Below, one piece after another: positions 1 to 12,933 of a stretch of 64,000 bases of DNA (position 1 is its first letter; each line of letters opens with the position of its first letter). The notes under the pieces were generated by a model. It searched no databases, was not told the DNA's origin, and saw only the letters and a list, made by a program, of their open reading frames with translations. The DNA is from Malacoraja senta (taxonomy: Eukaryota): NCBI GenBank assembly GCA_038087875.1, contig CM075991.1, forward strand, positions 682,001 through 746,000, in the 5' to 3' direction. A program made the translations under genes and the position numbers.

Positions 1-590
1 TGGATCGCATATATCCACATTAAACTGCATCTGCCATGCATCTGCCCACTCCCTCAACCTGTCCAAGTCACCCTGCATTCTCATAGCATCCTCCTCACAG
101 TTCACACTGCCACCCAGCTTTGTGTCTTCTGCAAATTTGCTAATGTTACTTTGAATCCCTTCATCCAAATCATTGATGTATATTGTAAATAGCTGCGGAC
201 CCAGCACTGAGCCTTGCGGTACCCCACTAGTCACTGCCTGCCATTCTGAAAGGGACCTGTTAATCCCTTCTCTTTGTTTCCTGCCTGCCAACCAATTTTC
301 TATCCATGTCAGCACTCTACCCCCAATACCATGTGCCCTCATTTTGCCCACTAATCTATGTGAGACCTTATCAAATGGTTTCTGAAAGTCCAGGTACACT
401 ACATCCACTGGCTCTCCCTTGTCCATTTTCCTAGTTACATCCTCAAAAAATTCCAGAAGATTAGTCAAGCATGATTTCCCCTTCGTAAATCCATGCTGAC
501 TCGGACCAATCCTGTTACTGCTGTCCAAATGTGCGGCTATTTTATCTTTTATAATTGACTCCAGCATCTTCCCCACCACCGATGTCAGGC
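1..590 (-). mobile_element. CR1 LINE ORF2 (RT) fragment, runs off window start
   Basis: Reverse strand encodes CR1 RT motifs (SQHGFTKGKSCLTNL, TSGVPQGSVLGP, ISKFA); nearly the same sequence as 20770-21350. Confidence 0.9.
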
Positions 591-865
591 TGGTGATGAT
601 GATTCTATTAGACAGTTAATCGTAGACCATACCAGAGGAGGCCACTGTCCGTTGTCTAAGAATGCTCCTTCAAAAACTGTCATCATGCAAGGTTTTCGAA
701 CTGTTGACAATTCTTCCACCCACACAGATGCTGACTTCCTCCACAAGTTTGTATTTTGGTCTAGATGCCACCTACTTTAGTCTCTAGAATGTCCAAAACT
801 ACCAGAAGATTGGCCTGTTAATTAAGACCTGTAAATAGGACAATTAAGACAGCTAATTGTTAATT

Positions 866-1140
866 GGGGCAGTTTCTTCCCAGCTGATATCAGGCAACTG
901 AACCACCCTGTCGCCAACCAGAGAGCAGTCATGAGGTACCATCAACCTCATTGGGGACCATCGAGATATCTTTAATCAGACGTAACCTTGCACTAAACGT
1001 TATTCCCATTATCGTGTATCTGTACACTGTGGACGGCTCGATTGTAGCCAGATTGTAACGGTCTTTCTGCTGACTGGATAGCACGCAACAAAAGCTTTTC
1101 ACTGTACCTCGGTACACGTGACAGTAAACTGAAGGAAACT
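866..1140 (+). mobile_element. Rex1/Babar LINE 3' end fragment
   Basis: Encodes a C-terminal ..SFFPADIRQLN motif, followed by a 3'UTR ending tttcactgtacctcggtacacgtgacagtaaac; matches the minus-strand copy at 16185-16920. Confidence 0.65.
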
Positions 1141-1334
1141 AAGCGTTTTAATGCAGCTTTACAATGAGCTGGTGAGAGCAGACCTGGGCTATGGAGTACA
1201 GTCTGGCTTCCAGCATCTGCAATCTCTCCAAACCCAACAGTCTCTTCCCATCCTGGATTGTTTTCATCAGGTTTACACTGAAGCTCTTCAAGATTTCATT
1301 TGTGCCCAATTCCATCCGCCCATCAGACAATTAC

Positions 1335-2045
1335 TTGTTTCTCTGCCACAGAAGGCAGTGGAGGCCAATTCACTGGGTATCTTCAAGAGAGAGTTAGATT
1401 TAACTCTTAGGGCTAACGGAATCAAGGGATATGAGGAAAAAGCAGGAACGGCGTACTGTTTTTGGATGATCAGGCATGATCATATTGATTGGCGGAGCTG
1501 GCTCGAAGGGCCGAATGGCCTACTCCTGCACCTATGTTTCTATGTATATATTGCCCACCCTGATGGCCCTGATAACCAAGGGCCAGTTAGTGATACAGTG
1601 TGAAACAGGCCCATCAGCCCAACTTGCCCACAATGGCCAACATGTTCCACTTACACTAGTCACACCTGCCCGCATTTGGCCCATATCCCTCCAAACCTGT
1701 GCTATCCATGTACCTGTCTGACTGTTTCTTCAATGTTGGGATAGTCCCAGCCTCAACTACCTCTTCTGGCAGCTCATTCCATACACCCACCACCCTTTGT
1801 GTGAAAAAGTTACCCCTCAGATTCCTATTAAACCTATTCCCTTTCATCTTAAACCCATGACCTCTGGCCCTCGATTCCCCTACTCTGGGCAACAGACTCT
1901 GTGCATCTACCCGATCTATTCCTCTCATGATTTTATACACCTCTATAAGATCACCCCTCATCCTCCTGTGATCCAAGGAATAGAGACCCAGCCTACTCAA
2001 CCTCTCCCTATAGCTCACACCTACTAGTCCCGACAACATCCTCGG
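1335..2045. mobile_element. Two tail-to-tail CR1 3' fragments (+ ~1335-1545; - ~1590-2045)
   Basis: ORF 1656-2039 (-) is a CR1 ORF2 C-terminus (YRERLSRLGLYSL..RGDLIEVYKI..FFTQRVV..WNELP). The plus part has LPQKAVEA..FKRELD and a CR1 3'UTR. Confidence 0.9.
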
Positions 2046-2567
2046 AAGATGGTAGCCCTGCCGGCAGTCTGTTCGTTTTTCTTTTTGTTATTTTTTAGTT
2101 TGTTAAAAGTTGGTTTTAATGTTCTTCGGTTTGTTTTATGTGGTTGGAGGGGACGAAACTTTTTTTCAAGTTCCTACCTTCCCGGAGATGTGATCAATTT
2201 TCGGATCACATTCTCCGGGCTCTGCGGCCTACCATCGCTGGAGCTGGAAGCCTCCTCGGACTGTTGTGAGCCCCACCGGGGGGCGTGGACTTAACATCGG
2301 AGCTGATCCCTTGCCTGGGACCGCGACCACCGTGCACTTACCATCAAGGGCTCGCAGTCTCAGGAGAGGTCAGTCGGGAGCTCCAACGCCGCGGAAGGCT
2401 CGACTGAAGGAAGACTGACCTGGCCAGTGAAATTCCTCGTATGTTGCAAAACATACTTGGCGATTCTGATTCTGATTCTGATTCTGAAATGTTATCTGTA
2501 CCCTTTCCAGCTTGACAAGATCTTTCCTGTAACATGGTGCCCAGAACTGAACACAATACTCCAACTG

Positions 2568-2761
2568 AAGGTAGACACAAAATGCTGGAGTAACACCGGG
2601 ATAGGCAGCTGTTTTGAAGAGAAGGAATGGACGACGTTTCGGGTCGAGACTTCTGAGGAATGGTCTCGACCTGAAACATCACCCATTCCTTCTCTCCAGA
2701 GTTACTCCAGCATTGTGTGTATATCTTCGATTTAAACCAGCATCTGCAGTTCTTTCCGACG
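2568..2761. mobile_element. Short palindromic non-autonomous Penelope-related element inserted in a CR1 fragment
   Basis: 14-bp TSD caatactccaactg at 2554-2567 and 2762-2775. Internal inverted arms are related to the PLE 3' terminus at 14985-15084. Confidence 0.75.
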
Positions 2762-2965
2762 CAATACTCCAACTGCAGCCTCACCAACGTCTTATACAAA
2801 GACCAGTTAACGAGTCGACCACATTGATGTCGATCAGGACCAATGGGAAAGGCTGGTGGATCTTTTAAAATTTCCCCTGTTGGACATGTTTGACACGGCT
2901 GAACTTCATCAGCAATCCTCGACTCCGGTGGCCTTGACCGGGACTGGCTTTCTAATTGCGGATTC

Positions 2966-4305
2966 CATATAACCATTACAGCACGGAAACAGGCCATCTC
3001 GGCCCTTCAAGTCCGTGCCGAACACTTTTTTTTCTTCTTTTTTTCCCCTCCCTTCTTTCTTCTTACTTCCCCCTAGTCCCATCTACCTGCACTCAGACCA
3101 TAACCCTCCATTCCTTTCCCGTCCATATACCCATCCAATCTATTTTTAAAGGATAAAATCGAACCTGCCTCCACCACTTCCACTGGAAGCTCATTCCACA
3201 CAGCTACCACTCTCTGAGTAAAGAAGTTCCCCCTAATGTTACCCCTAAACTTCTGTCCCTTAATTCTCAAGTCATGTCCCCTTGTTTGAATCTTCCGTAC
3301 TCTCAATGGGAAAAGCTTATCCACCGTCAGCTCATAATTTTAAAGACCTCTATCAAGTCCCCTCTTAACCTTCTGCGCTCCAAAGAATAAAGACCTAACT
3401 TGTTCAACCTTTCTCTGTAACTTAGTTGCTGAAACCCAGGCAACATTCTAGTAAATCTCCTGTGTACTCTCTCTATTTTGTTGACATCCTTCCTATAATT
3501 AGGCGACCAAAATTGTACTCCATACTCCAGAATTGGCCTCACCAATGCCTTGTACAATTTTAACATTACATCCCAACTTCTATATTCAATGCTCTGATTT
3601 ATAAAGGCCAGCACACCAAAAGCTTTCTTTACCACCCTATCTACATGAGATTCCACCTTCAGGGAACTATGCACAGTTATTCCTAGATCCCTCTGTTCAA
3701 CTGCATTCCTCAATTCGCTACCATTTACCATGTACGTCCTATTTTGATTTGTCCTGCCGAGATGTAGCACCTCACATTTATCAGCATTAAACTCCATCTG
3801 CCATCTTTCAGCCCACTCTTCCAAATGGACTAAATCTCTCTGTAGACTTTGAAAATCTACTTCATTATCCACAACACCACCTATCTTAGTATCATCTGCA
3901 TACTTACTAATCCAATTTTCCACACCATCATCCAGATCATTGATGTACATGACAAACAACAGTGGACCCAACACAGACCCCTGAGGCACCCCACTAGTCA
4001 CCGGCCTCCAACCTGACAAACAGCCATCCACCATTACTCTCTGGCATCTCCCATTCAGCCACTGTTGAATCCATCTTGCTACTCCACCATTAATACCCAA
4101 TAATTGAATCTTCTTAACCAACCTTCCATGAGGAACCTTGTCAAAGGCCTTACTGAAGTCCATATAGACAACATCCACTGCTTTACCCTCATCAATTTCC
4201 CTAGTAACCTCTTCGAAAAATTCAAGAAGATTAGTCAAACATGACCTTCCAGGCACAAATCCATGTTGACTGTTCCTAATCAGACCCTGCTTATCCAGAT
4301 GCTTT
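2966..4305 (-). mobile_element. Young 5'-truncated CR1 LINE (RT and C-terminus)
   Basis: Uninterrupted 309-aa RT ORF 3327-4256 (DFSKAFD, GVPQGSVLGP, YADD) plus C-terminal ORF 3073-3324. The 3'UTR is near-identical to 47742-48080 and 63630-63690. Confidence 0.95.
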
Positions 4306-6237
4306 GAATTCCCTTGAATGAGTTAACTGAGTTTGAATTCCTCTAGTCGTAGTGGGATTTCAGGACGTTGCTGCTGGTGCAGGCACCCCATAGTCACACT
4401 ATCCTGCCAGCACCAACTGCTGGCATCATGTCAAGTTCCTTCCCTTCAGCCCTCTTTAACATGCCCTCTCCCGTTACCAAGGCTCACCAATATCCCCGAG
4501 TGTTGCTGGGGCAAGACCAACTGTCTGGTGTGTATGATACACATTACCATTGCACTTAAACCTCTTCTAGGCTCTCCTGGGTTTCCTTCCTATCCCTGCC
4601 GTTTGACGTTTGATGGCGTGGCAGGTGTTGAGTTACACATTCACGCTGTCTCCTCTCCAGTTGCAGCCACATCAGAATCACACTCTCTCTCAGATGTCTG
4701 CAATCTATTTGCAGCTGGAAACCAAGGGCAATGATCACAATTTATCATGTTCACTTTGTTTGTATTTTCCAGTTGCCGATGTGATTGTAATGTAACAAAT
4801 CTCTTTTCAGAAGATGTTTGTTTTGACTTCTCTGTGTGTCGACACTACATCTGTAGAAGACGTATATGCTTGGTATAAATGTAAATTGTCCCTTGTGTGT
4901 GTAGGATAGCGTTAATGTGTAGGGATGGCTGGTCGGTGCGGACTCGGTGGGCTGAAGGGCCTGTGTCTGTGCTTTTTGTAAATTAAACTAAATTATAAGA
5001 TGGCTGCATCATTTAAAATGCCATTTCTTAACAGTGTTAATCTTGTTTCCTGTTCAAGGCCTCCCTCCGCAGTGCCCTCTGTCCATGGCCGTGTGGAGCA
5101 GCTGTCCTCACTCAAGGTCAGAGGGACGTGTGGTGGTTCAGATACTCATCTCACGTTACAGTACCACAATCTCCACCAGCGGACGGAGCAGCAAGGCGTC
5201 TGTGTTCTGGGAACCGAGTCAGTGCACAACTGGAAACTCCAGTCACTTCCCCAGCACTTGGCCGGCTGGTGAAATCACCTCAAAGAAGGTCGCAACCCCA
5301 ACCTTCCTCTGTCCATCCCCTCCACAGATGCTGCCTGAGTTACTCCACCATGAGTTACTCCACCATGTGCAAGAAGAATCTGCAGATGCTGCTTTACACC
5401 AAAGATAGACACAACATGCTGATCAGGCAGCATCTCTGGAGAAAAGAAATAGGTGACGTTTCAGGTTGAGACCCTTCTTCAGGGGAACCCGAAACGTCAC
5501 CTATTCCTTTTCTCCAGAGACAGTGCCTGACCCGCTGAGTTACTCCAGCATTTTGTGTCTACGAGTTACTCCAGGAATTTGTGTGTTGCTCCTAATTTTT
5601 ATAAACTTATTTCTATTAAATATTTAAAATTTTCATTGCAAAATATGTAAATAAATGGTTCACAAAGACAATAGTAGTTCTTTACTTATTTACCATCAAT
5701 ATATTTCCATGTTAGAGTTGTCCAGCACGAATACGGGCCCTTCGGCCCTACCTTCCCACACCAACCAATGTGCCCCTTCTGCAGTCCCACCTGCCTGCAT
5801 TTGGCCCATATCCCTCTAAACCTGTCCTATCCATGTTATGATTCTACTGTTTTAGTTTTCACAAGTTCTAAGAGGAAGATGTAGGCCATTTGGCTTATGG
5901 CTACTCTGCCATTCAATCATAGCTGGTCTATCTTTCCCTCTCAACCCCATTCTTCTGCCTTCTCCGCATAGCCCCTGACACCTTAACTAATCAAGCATCT
6001 GTCAATCTCTGCCTTAAAATCATCCACTGATGGCCTCCACAGCCATCTGTGGCAATGAATTCCACAGATTCATCACCCTCTGACTAAAGAAATTCTTTCT
6101 CATCTCTCACTTTAACCTTATTGTCTAAACCAGGGACCTCCAAATGTGTTCTCTAGTTTGTTTTATGTGAGGGGTCGGGGAAAACTTTGTTTCAATCTCT
6201 TATCTTGCCGAAGATGCGATTGTTTTCCGGGTCGTAT

Positions 6238-6792
6238 TGTTGATTCACGTTTTTCTCTCACATCGGTTGTTTCGACAATAATCGACCGGACACCGGGGTT
6301 GCTTTAAACGTACGTTTATTCAACACTGAGTCTTCACACAGGTTAACAACCTAGCAAAGAGTCAAGCTCAATGCCTTAATTTGTAATGCCTTATATACTT
6401 AAAGGCTACAGGTTATGCCTCCCATATTACTGATACAAAGCAACAGACACGAACGCCATGGTCAGGATCACAGGCAAGTACATATTGGGAGGTGTTATTT
6501 AGTGGAACAATACTAGAGATAAGACAGGTACATTCCTCAGACTTCTGAGAGCCACGGTTTGTATATTCCTTAGACTTCTGAGCCAGCTATCTCAGTCAGA
6601 CGGGTACAGTTAATACCATAGTGGCGAATATGGAGTAACAGCAGGACAATGTGAATTTTTCCTGACCCCTGCAGCTACATATTCAGCAACTTTGGTCAGC
6701 AGACATTTTATGTTTCAATCCAGTCCACCTGGCCAAACCATTTTACCTTCACAGAACAATCTTACAGCGTTTATTCAACATTTACATTCACA
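6238..6792 (-). repeat. ERV 3' LTR (555 bp)
   Basis: Direct repeat of 12365-12933. Minus-strand AATAAA at 6315-6320 and TATATAA at 6391-6397. Confidence 0.97.
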
Positions 6793-6804
6793 TTCCCCCC
6801 TTTT
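6793..6804 (-). other. ERV polypurine tract
   Basis: Minus strand reads AAAAGGGGGGAA immediately before the 3' LTR. Confidence 0.92.
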
Positions 6805-6980
6805 GCCATTCTTATGGCAACACTCATAGTCCATTAAAAAGTCCCATTCGCCGAATCTCGTAACTTTCTAGTTCCCTGGCCACGGCCTCTTGGACCGTCC
6901 GACCCTTGTCCCCCAATTCTCCTTCCTCACTCACTTCATCGTCTTCACTGTCGTTGGGGAACGGTAACAGTCTCTCCTGC

Positions 6981-8494
6981 TCACGCTGTAAGATCATCAT
7001 TCGTACAGACTGTATAGCTTCCTCGGGGGTTGGTCCCCAAACATGATAAAGCCGCCATTAATCGGGCTATGATACATTTCACAATGGCGATCCCCACAAA
7101 TAAGCAAGTAACTACTATAGCAGCATAGATGGCCATGCTGATAATCCAGTTGTATAATTCCCCCATCCCTGGTTTTCATTTATTCCATCCAAAAAGGTGG
7201 TAATCTCTTTCTGGTGTTGGGTGATGTTGCTAGTCCTGTCTTGAACCCCCATCATACATTTCCCTTTTATGACGGTACAGGTCCCCCCGTCTCTAGCCAA
7301 TAAGTAATCGAGCGCATATCTATTTTGTAGGGAAAACATCCTCATTTCGGCCATCTGGGTTTTTACTGCCTCCAAGGCTCCAGTTGTTGCATTGCCCAAA
7401 ATTGTCAGGCCTCAAACAAGGTAATTTCGGTTTTTGGCTGCTTCACCTCCACCCACTCCTCCCATTGTTAGCATGCTTAATAATCCCCATCCGATGGCAT
7501 GTCCGTGGGTAGCTCCCCTGACCCCTGGATGTCTCCATTGTGCGCAAAACTCGGCCGACACCGCCCTTCGATGAACCCGAGCCATGGGTTTAGTCCATCG
7601 CTCGGGACAAGGTACCGTGGTTGGCACCAATGCTCCAACTGCCATGTTCTCGGGGAAAGGGGGTTTTAGGACATTGGTTCCTTTCCCCTTAAAGAAGAAG
7701 TAATATCCTTCCTCCGTATATAATGATCCATTACAGCCCCTTCGGGTATTAATGACTTCTCCCCCTCCAGACCAGTCCCTCCACGCTTCACTGATCCGAT
7801 TGCTATAACTGGGGATTGGCAGGTGATGGGATCCTACCGTCAGATGGGTCCCGTTAGCCCATCCACACAACAGCTGAAATCCAGCATTTACAGGGATACA
7901 TTCCTTGGACACCTTACATTGGACTCCTTTATAGGTAAGGTTACATGCGGAGCCGTGAACGGGCCCTTGCAGAGCGCAAGTGAGGTTATTTTTAACATTT
8001 ATGACTATACACCCGTGTCCTTGGTTACTAAAACAATTTTCATATTGCCTGTTGTCATTATTGGTGGTGAAGTTACATGGCCTAGCCGGTGCTCTTGACG
8101 CTGTCCTAGATCCATTATAGCAAATGTCGTAGGAGTGGTTGTTGTTCTTAGGGAGCGGTAAGCAGTTGGCCGGTGGAGCGAGAAGCCCATCATAGCTGAT
8201 GATAACGGGCTTGACAGGGAACGTTTCTTTGTCCTGGCACTTCACCAGTCGTTCAGTTCTGCCCCATGCAGGGGATGGGGTAAACAGGGAGGTAACTGAT
8301 GTCATTCGTGGATAACAAACCACCTGCCCCTTCCCGAATAGCTCGTTGTGTGCCTGGATGAATAAATTGGAGTTTTCTCGTTCCCCTCTCTTTCCTCGTT
8401 TGTTCCGTCCGTATTCAGGCTTTGTCCATTTCCAACCGAAACTGATTAACCCTGCTGTGGTTGCCACACATATTAATGCCACGGAGACCCTCAT
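6981..8494 (-). pseudogene. env: ERV env (SU ORF 7412-8494 open; premature stop, then TM with frameshift)
   Basis: Signal peptide MRVSVALICVATTAGLISFG, Cys-rich SU, RVHRR cleavage-like site and hydrophobic fusion segment. In the same frame after the TGA: ISD LQNRYALDYLLARDGGTC and CX6C. Membrane anchor in shifted frame 6981-7166. Confidence 0.92.
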
Positions 8495-8567
8495 CTTAGC
8501 GATTTATTTCGTATCTGCGAACACAAGGGGAGGGAAAAAGAAAGGAACGTGCAATTTCAAAGCGAAA

Positions 8568-10972
8568 TTAATTCGTACCCTGCTTTTCGTGGACCGGATC
8601 CCCCTCTCTGACCTCGACCTCCCCCCTTTGCTTGGTGTCACCAAGCACTTTACAATGGTGCAAATGCACCCATGCCGATCGTCCTTCTACCTTTACTGCG
8701 GTGGAGGTGGTGAGGAGAACCTGGAAGGGGCCCAACCATCGAGGAGAAAGGGTGTATATACGAACCCAATTCTTAATCAACACATAAGAACCCGGGGTGA
8801 TCGTCCATCAACGGGAAAATCTATGTCACCCACATAAGCGGCCTTGACCTCCCCATGAATCTCACGCAGGGCCCTTGTAAGGGCAAGGACGTAAGAGACC
8901 ATCTCCTCTGTCATATGATGCAATGTCGCTGTGGCCGGGATAATGTCTGTCCAGGGGGTGCGCAGGGGTCGGCCATAGATGATCTCTGCAGGAGACAACC
9001 TTGTCTTCCCTGCTGGAAGGACTCTGATCTGAAACAAGGCAACAGGTAACATTTTAACCCAGGTGGAGCCCGATTGGTCCACCAGCTTGGCAAGCTTGGT
9101 CTTCAGGGTCAGGTTCAAGCGTTCCACCATTCCTGCAGCCTGTGGGCGATAAGCACAATGTAGCCGCTGGGTTACACCCAGCTGTCGGTACAATTCTTTA
9201 TTGATAGCGGCAATAAAGTGAGGGCCGTTATCCCAACTGATGGTGTTTGGAACCCCAAAGCGAGGAACAAACTGCTGTAATAAAATAGACACCACCGTAG
9301 AAGCAGTGCAATCAGTGGTTGGAAAGGCTTCAATCCACCTAGAAAACACATCAACAATAACAAGCACATGTTTATAACACTGACACTTAGGCAAATCAAT
9401 AAAATCCATCTGTAAGGTTTCAAACGGAGCAGTAGGTAATGGAGTACGACCCGTCTGGCAGACAACTCCTTTACCAGGGTTGTGTGCAGCACAGGTGAGG
9501 CACCGTGCACTAGTTTGGGCTGCCAAAACCTTAAGTCGAGGATGCCACCATGCCTGTAAGAGAGCGTCTACTAGCAAGGTGGCCCCACAGTGAGTGGCTA
9601 GATGTAGGCAATCAACAACCCAGGTCGCTAACTGGTCTGTCATACAGGTCTGTCCGGCCGGCGTGAGCCACAATCCAGAGTCAGCCTTCCGACAGCCCAG
9701 CTGCTCCCATTCCATTATTACATCAACAGAGGCATCCCCCTGTAAGTGCAATACATCATTCATGGTTGGCATAGGTTTCTCAGATTCAGACGAGCCCATA
9801 TAAAGGCTTTTCACCTGCCTCATCATACTACCCACCACTTTAAATCTACCGCGTGAAGCACACTTAGCCGCTTCGTCAGCCAACCTGTTACCGATTTGGA
9901 CCGGGGAATCTCCTGTCGTGTGGGCCACACATTTGATTACGGCTACCGCAGAGGGCAGAAGGATAGCATTCAACAGGTCAGTGACCAGGAACTGATTGGA
10001 AATCTTATGGCCCGTCGAGGTGAGGAATCCCCTATTTTTCCATAACTGTCCGAAATCCTGAACGACTCCGAATGCGTATCGGGAGTCGGTGTAAATATTG
10101 ACGGAGAGCCCCTCGGAGTGGACACAGGCTCGGGTGAGGGCAAACAACTCAGCCTGCTGAGCTGAAATCGGTGGGTCAAAACTGCCACAATCCAGCAAGG
10201 TTCCATCTTGCTTAACTACCGCAAAGCCTGACAGATGGCGTCCCTGCTCGTCGATGGACGAACTTCCATCGGTATAGAGGATCAAATCTGGAGAGGCTAG
10301 AGGTTTATCGCTAAGGTCAGGGCGCGGACTGGTATCCGCGAGAATAGCCTCCAAGCAATTATGGTCGCATGGAGCGAGGGGATCAGGAGGAGAGCAGAGA
10401 AACGCAGCAGGGTTGATAGTGGTGCAGTGCCGGAACTGTAGCTTGGGATTATTCAACAGGTAGATCTCATACCTATTTTGTCTGGCTGAAGTCAAATGCT
10501 GGGTCTGGAGCTGTCCCAGTAGGGCGGTCACGGAGTGGGAGGAATATCCAGTAATGTCCTGCTGGAGAGTCAGGTATCATTCCCAACCACTGTCGCATTC
10601 CCCTGGCTGATGTGGGGGGTATGTCCTGTAAATAGGGTCCGTGCGTCTCTCGTCCAACCGACGGCCATCTGCTGAGATTATGATTCCGAGGAATTTCACC
10701 TCCTTTTGTCCGACATGTACTTTGGAGGGGGACACAACGTACCCCAATGCCTTTACAAAGTTCAACAACAAAATTATAGCTTCCCTATTCTGCTCCTCCG
10801 TTTCACTGGCCACTAAAAGTTCATCGATGTACTGGATCAATGCAGACCACTCAGGTAACTGCAGGTTTTGTAATTGCTGTTGCAGACAATGCGAAAATAG
10901 GGTCGGCGAGTTTACAAAGCCCTGTGGCAATCTGGTCCATGTATACTGTAGGGGAGGGATTGAGTTCACCAC
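8568..10972 (-). pseudogene. pol: ERV pol remnant (partial RT, RNase H, integrase)
   Basis: RT LPQGFVNSP and YIDE. RNase H YTDGSS / SAQQAEL / YTDSRY. Integrase HHCC (HLATH..CLTC), QMDFI, WDNGPHF, GMVERLN. The C-terminal GPF module (PRWLGPFQV) is in a shifted frame. Confidence 0.95.
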
Positions 10973-10974
10973 TG

Positions 10975-11810
10975 TGCCATATTCTTTCTGGTTTTGGTCT
11001 GGGGGTTCAGCTTAGTTCTGCCTCCCACGGAGTCGGTAGATTGTAGGGCAGCAGGAGAATACGGAGGAGGTCGGTCTGCTGGAGGGGCACTAGTGGCAAC
11101 TGTCTTCCCTGTGGTCCCCTACTGAATGGGACCGTCTTCTGGGGTTCAGCGAGGTTACAGGAGATTTGGAAACTGGTATCTGTGAAGGGCGAGTTTTAAT
11201 CTTGGATCGGGTAGCGGGAATTGGAGGAGCGGACACGGGACTGGCAACGGGGGCAGAGGGACTGGCAACGGGGGCAGTGGTTCAGCGGGGGTGCTCCACG
11301 GATTCCCCAATGATAATCCTCTACCTCCTCCTCCTCGTCACCTCCCAAATCTATGCCAGCCACCGACTTACGTAAGTCTTTATCTACCTCGGCCTTATTT
11401 TGTCTCTCTCTCTCCTGACGACCCTTACTTTCCTCAGCATGCCTACAGTCCTGTTTTAATACGGTCACCGACTTCTCCTGATCCCCCTCGGTCAGGGGTA
11501 TTCCTAGTTTCAAGGCATTACTCTGCCAACTGGCCGTTAAAGACCGTGCCTTTTCTCCGTTACAATCATCGATCCACAACTGAATGGCCTTTTTATAATT
11601 TATTTTTTTATCCTTTTTCCATATTACACTCTGGGCACTTGATAACACACCCATATCCTTGGAACCCCCTTCAGGCCATTCATCCTTCCCCAGTTTATGA
11701 ATGAGTCCTCCCGACATACGCCTGAAGGTCTCCTCCATTTCTGGATGCAAGAAACATAGCTGATGTAATGGCTGGTCCGGGTGACAACTGGTGTCCATAC
11801 CATTACACAT
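10975..11810 (-). pseudogene. gag: ERV gag N-terminal remnant (MA / Pro-rich region)
   Basis: Positioned between leader and pol. 204-aa ORF 11196-11810, with PSAP (11249-11260) and PPPY (11059-11070) late-domain-like motifs in shifted frames. No CA/NC/PR seen. Confidence 0.7.
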
Positions 11811-12344
11811 TTTTAATACTTATTTTATTACACACCAATAGTTCAGGGTTAACCGTGAGTCCTTGGTTCAGCCGTATCTCACTCGGTCACTTCAATTCCT
11901 GACCTTCGCGTGGAGGATTTCCTCTCTTAACAACCAGACTTTCTGTGACTTAACAAGCAGACTTTCTGTGAGATACGGGGGTACCTTGGTCTCGGTTAAC
12001 GTCTCAATACTTGTCAAACTGACGATTCAATAACCATTACATTCCCATCCTAACCCCAGTGCACTCCTCTTATATACCGTCTACGGTCCCCCTCTACGGG
12101 GTATTTTATCCGCTCGATCAGACTAGGACAATCCTCGAGACGGCCCCATCCCCGTGCCCACAACCGGAACGTTCGGATGTCGTCCCACGGACTGACGCAA
12201 GCCAGCGAATTACCTTGCTACGCCGGGATACGAGGAAGGACCAAGTGGTGATTTAACTAAATCTACTCACTTGGCTGCGCAACCTTCACATCGATCCCGT
12301 CGCCCAGTGGATTCACTCGCCGGCTCGATCAGTCGCTGGTTGAC

Positions 12345-12362
12345 ATCCCACTTCTGACACCA
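12345..12362 (-). other. ERV primer-binding site, tRNA-Leu
   Basis: Minus strand TGGTGTCAGAAGTGGGAT, 2 nt from the 5' LTR; complementary to the 3' end ATCCCACTTCTGACACCA of vertebrate tRNA-Leu(CAA/CAG). Confidence 0.9.
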
Positions 12363-12364
12363 AA

Positions 12365-12933
12365 TGTTGATTCATGTTTTTCTCTCACATCGGTTGTTTC
12401 GACAATAATCGACCGGACACCGGGGTTGCTTTAAACGTACGTTTATTCAGCACTGAGTCTTCACACAGGTTAACAACCTGGCAAAGAGTCAAGCTCAATG
12501 CCTTAATTTGTAATGCCTTATATACTTAAAGGCTACAGGTTATGCCTCCCATATTACTGATACAAAGCAACAGACACGAACGCCATGGTCAGGATCACAG
12601 GCAAGTACATACTGGGAGGTGTTATTTAGTGGAACAATACTAGAGATAAGACAGGTACATTCCTCAGACTTCTGAGAGCCACGGTTTGTATATTCCTTAG
12701 ACTTCTGAGAGCCAGCTATCTCAGTCAGACGGGTACAGTTAATACCATAGTCGCGAATATGGAGTAACAGCAGGACAATGTGAATTTCTCCTGACCACAA
12801 CTTCCTGACCCCTGCAGCTACATATTCAGCAATTTTGGTCAGCAGACATTATGTTTTAATCCAGTCCACCTGGCCAAACCATTTTACCTTCACAGAACAA
12901 TCTTACAGCGTTTATTCAACATTTACATTCATA
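12365..12933 (-). repeat. ERV 5' LTR (569 bp) with TATA box
   Basis: Direct repeat of 6238-6792; TATATAA on the minus strand at 12518-12524. Confidence 0.97.

Larger units (their letters stand above)
6238..12933 (-). mobile_element. Endogenous retrovirus provirus (class I, epsilon/gamma-like), internally deleted
   Basis: Two LTRs with TG..CA ends, TSD GTAT (6234-6237 and 12934-12937), PBS, PPT, and gag remnant-RT-RNaseH-IN-env order. Confidence 0.97.

Noticed and set aside
5000..5300. Possible exon in unique-looking sequence with ORFs in three frames
   Set aside because: No recognisable protein similarity or convincing splice-site pair.
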